A stretch of 64,000 nucleotides of DNA from Trueperaceae bacterium (GTDB lineage: Bacteria > Deinococcota > Deinococci > Deinococcales > Trueperaceae): NCBI GenBank assembly GCA_023954415.1, contig JAMLIB010000002.1, forward strand, positions 190,599 to 254,598, given 5' to 3'. Below are positions 56,461 to 64,000 of this stretch, one piece after another. The first letter of the stretch is position 1; every line of letters begins with the position of its first letter. The position numbers and the translations under genes are program-made. The notes below the pieces were generated by a model. That model saw nothing but the letters and a program-made list of their open reading frames with translations, made no database searches and was not told the DNA's origin.

Positions 56461-57447
56461 GTGGCCCTCGAGCCCCAACTACTGCGCACCTTCCTCGTCG
56501 TCGCGCGTGGCGGCAGCATCAGCGAGGCCGCCCGCCGGCTCCACCGCTCCCAACCCGCCGTCACATCCGCCGTCAGGCGCCTCGAGGCGCACTTCGGCGA
56601 GCCGCTCTTCCGCCGCGGCGGCAAGGGCGTGCGCCTGACCGACCTCGGCGCCAGGCTCCTCCCCCATGCCGAGGCGTTGGAGCGCGTCCTGGACGGCGTC
56701 AACCAGCTCGCCGCCGAGGCGGCCGGTTTGGAGGGCGCCAGGCTGCGCATCGCCGCCAGCACCACCATCGCCCTCTACTGGCTGCCTCCCCGCCTGGCAC
56801 GCTTCTGCTCGGAGCATCCGAGCGCCAAGCTCGTCGTGCACACGCGCAACTCGCGCGAGGCCGTCGAGGAGCTGGCGGCCGGGGAAGTCGACCTCGCCCT
56901 CGTCGAGGCCCCCGCCGCCAGCTGGTCGGCGCTGCCCGACGGCCTGTTGGTGGCCACGCCCGTGCACGACGACGAACTCGTGCTCGTGGTCGATCCCGAC
57001 CATCCGTTGGCCGCAGCCGACAAGGTCGCCCCGCAGGAGCTTGGCGGCCTCGCGTTCGTCGGTCGGGAAGCCGGCTCCGGCACGCGCGCGGTCCTTGAGC
57101 ACGCGCTAGCGACCCTGGGCCCGCCTCGCGACGCGACCGCGCGCGCCGTCCCGGAACCGCCCCAGGGCAAGGCCTCGCGCGTCGCCGGAGGCCAGGGCCG
57201 GGGCGCCACCCCGGACGTGCGCCTCGAGCTGGGCGAGCCGGAGGCCATCAAGCGGGCGGTGCGCGCCGGGCTCGGAGCGGCAGTCCTCTCGCGCGTGGCA
57301 GTAGCCCAGGAGGTCGAGCGGGGCGAGCTCGTCGCCCTCTCCATCACCCACCCGGGCTTCCGGCGGCAGTTCACGCTCCTGCACCCGCCCGAGGCCCTGG
57401 CCAGCCACGCCTGCTGGACGTTCAGGACGCTGGCGGTGGCGGGCTAG
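56461..57447 (+). CDS. LysR-family transcriptional regulator
   Basis: 328 aa with a GTG start. HTH LRTFLVVARGGSISEAARRLHRSQPAVTSAVRRLE, followed by a LysR substrate-binding domain. Confidence 0.92.
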   Translation: MALEPQLLRTFLVVARGGSISEAARRLHRSQPAVTSAVRRLEAHFGEPLFRRGGKGVRLTDLGARLLPHAEALERVLDGVNQLAAEAAGLEGARLRIAASTTIALYWLPPRLARFCSEHPSAKLVVHTRNSREAVEELAAGEVDLALVEAPAASWSALPDGLLVATPVHDDELVLVVDPDHPLAAADKVAPQELGGLAFVGREAGSGTRAVLEHALATLGPPRDATARAVPEPPQGKASRVAGGQGRGATPDVRLELGEPEAIKRAVRAGLGAAVLSRVAVAQEVERGELVALSITHPGFRRQFTLLHPPEALASHACWTFRTLAVAG

Positions 57448-59159
57448 GCCTCGTCCCCCAGCGCGTCCACGGCTAGCTGGCTGAGGCTCGCGACGGTCCG
57501 CTCGTCGAAGGCGAAGCGGATCCCCGCGGCCTCGTAGAGCTCGTCGAGGGGACGGGTGCCGCCCAGCGCCAGCGCCGCCTTGTACTGCCCCAGCGCGCGC
57601 GGAGCGTCCTGCAAGGCGTTGCGCCACACCTGCAGGGCGCCTAGGTAAGCCATGGCGTACTCGAGGTAGTAGAAGGGGTAGTGGAACAGGTGGATGATGT
57701 GCCAGCCCTTCGAGCGCAGGCGGTCGAAGCCGGTCATGTCCATCCCCGTGTCGAACCGCTCGTCCAGGCGCCGCCACTGCGCGTCTATCTCTGCGATGGT
57801 CGGTCCGGTCTCGCTCGGGTGGGTGTAGACGAAGTGCTGGATGGCGTCGACCTTCGAGGCGCTGACCAGGAGCGAGAGCGCGCGCACGAGTAGCGCCGCC
57901 TGGGAGCGCGCGGCGTCCTCCTGCGAGTAGAAGCCGCCCTTGTCGCGCGTCAGGTACGGCAGGGTGAGGAGCTCCATCGCCTGGGAGGCCAGCTCGCACA
58001 TCTCCGGGCGCTCGGAGCGGTGCGCGAGGAGCGGCCACCGCGCCTGCGTCAGCACCGAGTGGAACGCGTGACCGGCCTCGTGACGCATGGTGAGCAGGTC
58101 GTCGTCGGTGCCGACGGCGCTCCAGTACACGTACGGCCGCTGCGAGCGCGGGAAGTAGTTCTGATACCCCAGGCCGGGGACCTTGGAGGGACGAGGCTCG
58201 AGGTCCATCCAGCCGCCCCGGAGGAGGTCGTAGGCCTGCGCCAACTCGCCGTCGAGGGCCGAGAACATCCGCGCCAGCCCTTCCTCCAGCTCGGCAACGG
58301 AGGTGAAGGGGGCCAACGCCTCCCTGCCGTGCACGTCGCAATCCAGGTCCCACGGGCGCAGGCGCTCCAGGCCGAGTAACCGTGCGCGACGCTCGTAGAC
58401 CGAGCGTAGGCGCGGCACGACCTCCTTGGCCACCGACTCGTGCATGGTCAGCGCGTCCTGCGGCGTGTACTCGCGGCGCTTCGCCATCAGCCAGGCGTAC
58501 TCGCGGTAGTCGGCCAGCCCGGCACCCCGCGCGATGCGCTTGCGCAGCGGCATGAGCTTGGCGAAGATCTCGTCCAGCCGCGGCCTGATCGCCTCCCTGC
58601 CGGCCTCGATCGCGTGGTAGGCGCGCTCTCGCAGCTCGCGGTCAGGCGACTCCAGCTTCGCGAGCGCCTGGCCAAGCGTGAGGGTCTCGCCGTCCAGCTC
58701 GACGCGCAGGCTGCCGCTGACCTCCCCATGGGCCTGCGTGAGGGTAGCTATCTCGGCCTCGAGCGGCAGGTTCTCCTCGCGGAAGAGTTCGACGTTGACG
58801 CGCATGTCGGCCCAATGACCCGCGAGGTCGGCCGGCGGAGAGTAGTCGACGACGGCGAGCTGCTTGCGCTCGAGCGCCGTCTTGAGCGTGGTCAGCTCGG
58901 GCACGTGGTTGGTCACGAAGTCGAGGTAGGCCGCCTTGGCGGCCTCGTCGGCGGTGTCCTCGTCCATCGCGCGCGTCAGGCCGGCCTCGAGCTCGGAGAA
59001 GTCGACGGATACCTCGTTCACGTCGCGGACGAACCCCGGCATCGTGGCGGCCGTCACCGGTGCGTCGAGCAGCGCCCTGGCCCTGGCGACCAGGTCGCTC
59101 GGATCGATCGGCGCGACGACGAACTTCCGGTGTTCCCTTGTCACATCGGCTATCGACAT
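57444..59159 (-). CDS. M3-family oligoendopeptidase (second PepF-like paralogue)
   Basis: 571 aa with zinc motif HEAGHAFH. Its stop codon overlaps the LysR stop on the opposite strand within CTAG (57444-57447). Confidence 0.88.
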   Translation of the reverse strand: MSIADVTREHRKFVVAPIDPSDLVARARALLDAPVTAATMPGFVRDVNEVSVDFSELEAGLTRAMDEDTADEAAKAAYLDFVTNHVPELTTLKTALERKQLAVVDYSPPADLAGHWADMRVNVELFREENLPLEAEIATLTQAHGEVSGSLRVELDGETLTLGQALAKLESPDRELRERAYHAIEAGREAIRPRLDEIFAKLMPLRKRIARGAGLADYREYAWLMAKRREYTPQDALTMHESVAKEVVPRLRSVYERRARLLGLERLRPWDLDCDVHGREALAPFTSVAELEEGLARMFSALDGELAQAYDLLRGGWMDLEPRPSKVPGLGYQNYFPRSQRPYVYWSAVGTDDDLLTMRHEAGHAFHSVLTQARWPLLAHRSERPEMCELASQAMELLTLPYLTRDKGGFYSQEDAARSQAALLVRALSLLVSASKVDAIQHFVYTHPSETGPTIAEIDAQWRRLDERFDTGMDMTGFDRLRSKGWHIIHLFHYPFYYLEYAMAYLGALQVWRNALQDAPRALGQYKAALALGGTRPLDELYEAAGIRFAFDERTVASLSQLAVDALGDEA

Positions 59160-59226
59160 GGCGCCAGTCTAGCGAGCGTCACCGGTGGAGCCGGTACGGT
59201 TACCGGCCCCGGCGGACGGAGCGCCC

Positions 59227-60390
59227 TCAGGGCCGAAGCAGCTCGAGCGGTAGCGCCTCGCCCACGTGACCCTCGTGCCCGGTCACGCTCACGGCCAGGC
59301 ACAAGGAGTCGTAGATGGCCTCCTCCGTTGCCTCGATGGCGGCCAGGAAGAGGGGTGAGAGGTCGTCGTTGCCCAACTCGCGCGTCGGAGCCTTCGGCGC
59401 CCCGCCCGCGCGGCGTCTCACGCCCTCCGCGGTCGAGAACGCGACGGCGTAATCGCCGGAACCGTTCGAGAACGCCGCGCCGGTGCGTGCCAGTCCGGCC
59501 ATGGACCTGAAGGCCAGGCGCTCCAGGCCGGCGGAGCTCATGGGCGCATCGGTGGCGATCACGATCATGATCGAGCCGTCGGCGTCCTGGGCGCTACCGG
59601 TGGACGCGCCGGCCCCGGCCCGTGAACCTGCTGACGCACCGGCACCCCCACCGGCGCCAGCACGCACCTGCGGCGCGCCGCCAGCGCTCAACTCGTCGCG
59701 CAGGTAGTGCCTGCCGGCTAGCACACCGACCGGCCGCCCGGCCACCTGCAGCACGCCGCCGAAGTTCGACTGCACGAGGACCCCGACGGTGAAACCGCCG
59801 AGCGCCACCGGCACACGCCTGGAGGAGCTGCCGATGCCGCCCTTGAAACCGAACGCCATGGTGCCGGTGCCCGCCCCTACCGTGCCAAGCGCCACCGGAC
59901 CGTCCGCGGCGGCGGCGAGCGCGGCCAGCACGTGCTCCGGCCGCACCGAGCGCGCCCGGATGTCGTTGAGGTGTCCGTCGTTCGTCTCCCCGACGAACGG
60001 GTTGACGGACCGGACCCGGGCGTTCCCCTTGCGGCCCAGCGTCCAGTCCACGAGCGCCTCGGCCGCCCGGGCCACGCACAGCGTGTTCGTGAGGGCGACT
60101 GGGGTCTCGAGCTCCCCGAGCTCCCGCACCTGCGTCGCGCCGATCAGCTTGCCGTAACCGTTGCCGACGAAGAGGGCGGCGGGCACGCGCCAGCGGTACG
60201 GGTCGTCGTGGTGCGCCAGGACGACGGTGACGCCGGTGCGGACGCCGGCGCCCTCGTACAACGTCTCGTGACCGACCCGCACGCCGGCCACGTCCGTGAT
60301 GGCGTTCAGGGGCCCCGGCGGCAGGACGCCCGGAGCGATCCCGAGCTCGCGGAGGCGCGCGCGTCCTACTTCCGGCTGATGCGCGGGCAT
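59227..60390 (-). CDS. P1/S58 family peptidase (DmpA-type L-aminopeptidase)
   Basis: Start chosen at MPAHQPEVGRARLRELGIAPG (60390). ...NAITDVAGVRVGH... and ...GTVGAGTGTMAFGFKGGIGSSS... are typical of DmpA/S58. Contains an Ala/Gly/Ser-rich insertion. Confidence 0.85.
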   Translation of the reverse strand: MPAHQPEVGRARLRELGIAPGVLPPGPLNAITDVAGVRVGHETLYEGAGVRTGVTVVLAHHDDPYRWRVPAALFVGNGYGKLIGATQVRELGELETPVALTNTLCVARAAEALVDWTLGRKGNARVRSVNPFVGETNDGHLNDIRARSVRPEHVLAALAAAADGPVALGTVGAGTGTMAFGFKGGIGSSSRRVPVALGGFTVGVLVQSNFGGVLQVAGRPVGVLAGRHYLRDELSAGGAPQVRAGAGGGAGASAGSRAGAGASTGSAQDADGSIMIVIATDAPMSSAGLERLAFRSMAGLARTGAAFSNGSGDYAVAFSTAEGVRRRAGGAPKAPTRELGNDDLSPLFLAAIEATEEAIYDSLCLAVSVTGHEGHVGEALPLELLRP

Positions 60391-60521
60391 ACCGCAGCCT
60401 ACTATCGTGCGGTGGTGACCACGCACTTGCGCCTGGCCCCGTGTGAACCGATGATTGAGGCAAGTGCGAGCCGACCCGTCTCCGGCATGAGGCGTCGGGC
60501 GTACGCCCGGAAAGGTAGCCA

Positions 60522-61787
60522 ATGAGCGATCAACAGCCCACACCCGCCACCCCGGCCCTAGTCAGGGGCACGCCGCTCAAGTACTTGGACAAGGCACTCG
60601 GTGGCCTGCGCGACCTTGGCCTCCTCCCCGAGAGCACCGCGAAGGAGGAGGCGCCGATCGTCGCCCTCCTCAGCCAGATCACCGACCTCGATCAGGAGCG
60701 TGTCGTCGCCATCACCCGCACCCTCGCCCAGGCGTCGCTCTTCAACGACGTCGTGCGCAAGCAGGTGGAGGCGATGGAGGTCGGCTCCCGCTACGAGGAC
60801 GTCACCAAGTCGTTCAACAGCATCCGCGACGACGCCAAGTCCATGGTCGATCAGCTCGAGGACGGCAAGATCAGCACGTTCGAGCGCCTCTCGAACGTCT
60901 GGATGAAGGTCACGCGCGGCGACATCTCCAGCCGCTTCGACAAGATCAAGCACACCTACCTCGAGGTCACGAAGGACGCCCAGGACCAGATCCAGCGCGA
61001 GCACGTCATCCTCGAGGCGTACCGCGACTTCCGTGGGGCCCTCAAGGAGTCCGAGGTCCTCGCGTTCGAGGTCCTCAAGAAGGGCGAGGCTCAGTTGGAG
61101 GCCGCCAAGCAGGGCGTGAACGAGGCCATGGCGGCCGTCGACGCGTACGCCGGCGACGACCCGGCCGAGCGCGCCCGCCTCGAGCTCGCGCGCGACGAGA
61201 AGGTGCGCGCCCTGCAGGAAGTCGACAAGCGCTACCAGATCGCCAAGGACCTCTCCGACAACCTGACGATCTCGTACAACACGTCCGAGGTCGTGATGGC
61301 GCGCCTCATGCAGACGAACACGGCCAAGGAGCGCGTGCGGGCGCAGGCCGTGTCGTTCTTCAGCACGAACGAGACCGTCCTGACGGCCCTCACGGCTACC
61401 TTCACCGGCCTGTTCGGCCTCAACGAGTCGACCCGCACCCTCGAGGCCATGACGAAGGGCGTCAGCGACTCGCTCGATACCCTCTCCGACATCGGCGGCA
61501 AGGTGCAGGAGGCCGCCCTCAAGGCGGGCTACGGGCCGACCGTGCGCGCCGAGTCCGTCAAGCGCCTCGTCGAGTCCGTCGTCAACTACCAGGAGCGCTC
61601 GCTCGAGATCATCGACGAGATGCGCAAGCAGGCGACCACCAACGCCGCCGAGATCCGCGACGCCGTCGAGGACGGCAAGCGCCGCCTCGCGCGCTTGGCG
61701 GAGCAGGGGGCCAAGCTGGACATCGTCGACGCTCCCAAGAGCGCGTTACCTAGCGACACGGCGCAGCCGGGCGGCGACGTTGGCTGA
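60522..61787 (+). CDS. All-helical 421 aa protein, TelA (toxic anion resistance)-like by my reading
   Basis: Good coding statistics. Loose similarity to TelA/YceH-type proteins in the C-terminal half (…VMARLMQTNTAKERVRAQAVSFF…, …VKRLVESVVNYQERSLEIIDEMRKQ…). No catalytic motif. The family call is not verified. Confidence 0.5.
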   Translation: MSDQQPTPATPALVRGTPLKYLDKALGGLRDLGLLPESTAKEEAPIVALLSQITDLDQERVVAITRTLAQASLFNDVVRKQVEAMEVGSRYEDVTKSFNSIRDDAKSMVDQLEDGKISTFERLSNVWMKVTRGDISSRFDKIKHTYLEVTKDAQDQIQREHVILEAYRDFRGALKESEVLAFEVLKKGEAQLEAAKQGVNEAMAAVDAYAGDDPAERARLELARDEKVRALQEVDKRYQIAKDLSDNLTISYNTSEVVMARLMQTNTAKERVRAQAVSFFSTNETVLTALTATFTGLFGLNESTRTLEAMTKGVSDSLDTLSDIGGKVQEAALKAGYGPTVRAESVKRLVESVVNYQERSLEIIDEMRKQATTNAAEIRDAVEDGKRRLARLAEQGAKLDIVDAPKSALPSDTAQPGGDVG

Positions 61788-62703
61788 CGCGGCCGCCAGC
61801 GCCGGCGCGCGCCCAACGCCACCGCAGGCGCCACCGCCGCTCGACGACGTCATGCTCGCCATGGACGTCGTCGACACCCTGCGCCACCGCGAGCGCCTCG
61901 TGGAGGCCGAGCTGGCGTCCGAGGGGCGCGACGAGGCCATGCTCGAGAGCCTGCGGAACATCTACGCCTCGCAAGGCATCGCCGTGTCCGACGCCGTCTT
62001 GCAGCAGGGAGTCGCGGCGCTGCGCGAGGGCCGTTTCGTGTACGCTCCGCCGGCCCGCGGGCCGGGCACGCGGTGGGCCTACGCCTACGTGAACCGCGGC
62101 AAGTGGGGCAAGCTCCTGCTCGCCCTCCTCGTCGTGGCGGTCATGCTCTTCCTCGGGTACGACGCGCTCGTGCGCGCGCCGCATAGGACCCTGGTGCGCA
62201 ACGTCGGCAAGGTCTACGCGGAGGTCGTAGCCCAGTCGCAGGATCCCAGCGCGAACCTCCAGGCCGACACCCTCTACGGGGTGGCGACCGCCGCGATAGC
62301 CAAGGGCGACGACCGCGCGGCCCGCACCACGCTCGCCTCGCTCGAGGCGTTGCAGGCGACGCTGAGCGGCTCGTACACGCTGCACATCGCGACCGACACC
62401 ACGGGCGTGTGGCGCGTGCCCGACCTGAACCAGGACGCCGCCAACTACTACATCATCGTCGAGCCCATCGACCGCAACGGCAACAACGTCGCCGTGACCG
62501 TCACGAACGAGGAGACGGGCAGGTCTGAGAGCGTGAGGCGGTTCGGCCTGCGCGTCAGCGAGGCGACGTTCGAGGCCATCAAGGCCGACAAGCTGGACGA
62601 CGGCATCATCCAGAACGACGTGTTCGGCGAGAAGCGCGCCGGCTACCTCCAGCCCGTCTACCGGTTCGACACGACGGGCGCGGCCATAACGAGTTGGGAC
62701 TGA
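61780..62703 (+). CDS. Single-pass membrane protein: N-terminal helical cytoplasmic part, TM, ~170 aa C-terminal domain; unknown function
   Basis: TTG at 61780 overlaps the upstream stop by 8 nt (an alternative ATG lies near 61852). Motif LDDVMLAMDVVDTLRHRE, TM WGKLLLALLVVAVMLFLGY, beta-rich C-terminus ...YTLHIATDTTGVWRVPD...YYIIVEPIDRNGNNVAVTVTNEETG.... Confidence 0.7.
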   Translation: MADAAASAGARPTPPQAPPPLDDVMLAMDVVDTLRHRERLVEAELASEGRDEAMLESLRNIYASQGIAVSDAVLQQGVAALREGRFVYAPPARGPGTRWAYAYVNRGKWGKLLLALLVVAVMLFLGYDALVRAPHRTLVRNVGKVYAEVVAQSQDPSANLQADTLYGVATAAIAKGDDRAARTTLASLEALQATLSGSYTLHIATDTTGVWRVPDLNQDAANYYIIVEPIDRNGNNVAVTVTNEETGRSESVRRFGLRVSEATFEAIKADKLDDGIIQNDVFGEKRAGYLQPVYRFDTTGAAITSWD

Positions 62704-64000
62704 TGATCAGCGGTCGCGATACCCTCAACACGCTCCTCTCCACCATCGCAGAGGAGCAGCAGCGCATGCGCCAGGTCGACGCGTCGCTCTCCAATAGCAA
62801 CGACGAGCTGCTGAAGCTGGACTCCGCGCGCATGCAGGAGCTGCAGCGCCTCGCACGCATGCGGCTCAACTACCTCGCCAAAGACAAGGCGCAAGTGGCC
62901 GACACTTCCGACGAGCAGCTCCTCAAGTTCATCGCGCAACGAGACGCGGCGTACGCGGCGCTGCAGCAGCGCATAGCCGAGCTGGAGGGCGACGGCAAGG
63001 CGCGTGAGGCGGAGCGCGCTGGGGCCATGGCCGAGCTCGACGGGGCCGTGAAGACGATCGAGGACGCCGAGGTGGCCACGCAGCGCCGCCTCGAGGCCGA
63101 CGCCGCCTATCAGGCCAGGCTCGAGGCGGCGCGCGAGGCCGACCGCGTGGCCGGGCGCGCCGACGCCAAGGCGACGCAGAGCGAGAACGAGCAGGCCACG
63201 AAGGGCGAGGCGTACCGCGCCGACCCCCTCTTCTCCTACCTGTGGCGGCGGAAGTTCGGCACCGCCGAGTACCGCGCCGGCGGCCTCGTGTTCGCGCCCC
63301 TGCTCCGTTACCTAGACGGGCGCGTCGCTCGCCTGGTCGGTTACCAGGACGCCAGGGCGAACTACAGCCGCCTCCTCGAGATCCCGCTGCGCCTGCGGGA
63401 GCACGCCACGAACGCCCGGGCGGCCGCCGACGCCGCCCACGCCGAGCTGCAGCGCCTGGACCTCGAGGCGCGCAAGGCGGACGGCATCCCGGCGCTGGAG
63501 GAGAAGAAGGCCGCAGTGGAGGCTCGCATCGCGAAGCTCGACGCCGCCGTCCAGGAGGCGAGCGACCGGCACGCCGCCGCGCTCGCGGAGAGCGAGAAGT
63601 TCGCCAAGGGTGCGGACGAGAACTACCTGAACGCGGTCGAGTTCATGCGTGGCCAGTTGGACGCCGCGCCGCTCGACGTCCTGCGCGTGCGGGCGCTGGC
63701 GACCCCGTCTCCCGAGGACGACCTGGTCGTGGGCCGGCTGGCCGGCTTCGCCAAGCGCCGCGAGGAGCTGGAACGCACCGTCGCCGAGCTGCGCGCCGGC
63801 GCCGAGGCGAGCCACAAGCGCGCCAAGGAGCTCGACTGGCTGCGCGCGAACTACACGCGCAGCGGCTACGACGCGCCGAACACCGCGTTCCGCGACGCCG
63901 GCGCCGTGAAGACCGGCCTGACGCAGTACCTCACCGGCCTGATAACCATGGACGCGCTGTGGCGCCTCCTCGGCCAGCAGCGCACGGTGGTACAGACGAA
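62703..64000 (+). CDS. Long coiled-coil protein, 5' partial (open to the window end), unknown function
   Basis: My own translation from the ATG at 62703 (TGATG overlap with the upstream stop): MISGRDTLNTLLSTIAEEQQRMRQVD...DPLFSYLWRRKFGTAEYRAGGLVFAPLLRYLDGRVARLVGYQDARANY.... No stop occurs before 64000. It is not in the ORF track because it is unterminated. Confidence 0.75.
   Translation, partial: MISGRDTLNTLLSTIAEEQQRMRQVDASLSNSNDELLKLDSARMQELQRLARMRLNYLAKDKAQVADTSDEQLLKFIAQRDAAYAALQQRIAELEGDGKAREAERAGAMAELDGAVKTIEDAEVATQRRLEADAAYQARLEAAREADRVAGRADAKATQSENEQATKGEAYRADPLFSYLWRRKFGTAEYRAGGLVFAPLLRYLDGRVARLVGYQDARANYSRLLEIPLRLREHATNARAAADAAHAELQRLDLEARKADGIPALEEKKAAVEARIAKLDAAVQEASDRHAAALAESEKFAKGADENYLNAVEFMRGQLDAAPLDVLRVRALATPSPEDDLVVGRLAGFAKRREELERTVAELRAGAEASHKRAKELDWLRANYTRSGYDAPNTAFRDAGAVKTGLTQYLTGLITMDALWRLLGQQRTVVQT

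Noticed and set aside
57444-57447. Convergent LysR and M3-peptidase genes sharing their stop codons in the palindrome CTAG
   Set aside because: It is real in the sequence but probably just compact gene packing. No hairpin or other signal is present, and I could attach no functional hypothesis to it.

Overview
High-GC (roughly 70%) bacterial chromosomal window with about 60 protein-coding genes. I saw no rRNA, tRNA, CRISPR array, transposase or integrase. Positions 4.5-27.3 kb form one block for molybdenum cofactor supply and respiratory nitrate reduction. It contains moaA, moaE, a mobA-moaD fusion ORF, moaC, moeZ, then a tightly coupled operon: small ORF, DUF59-like gene, narG, narH, narJ, narI fused to a dihaem cytochrome c, a NarK-like MFS transporter and a TehA/SLAC1-like channel. 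A DnrS-like PAS/GAF/SARP regulator, a moeA-nitroreductase fusion and modABC complete the block. Several of these architectures are unusual, and a SARP-style pair of 11-bp-phased direct repeats lies upstream of the operon. The rest of the window mixes housekeeping and accessory genes: two two-component systems, a lower-GC fic cassette bracketed by diverged direct repeats, a solo HicB-like antitoxin, fatty-acid beta-oxidation genes split by a K+-channel homologue with an odd selectivity filter, a yojF-bshB2 (bacillithiol) pair, a radical SAM gene with CX4CX2C spacing, prfC with a 3 x 21 bp tandem repeat at its 5' end, and several peptidases. The right edge holds an uncharacterised three-gene helical/coiled-coil operon (TelA-like, membrane-anchored protein, long coiled-coil protein) that is cut by the window end. 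The DnrS-like regulator and the bacillithiol genes suggest Deinococcus-Thermus affinity, but that is inference only. All function calls come from reading motifs in the translations; no database search was possible.
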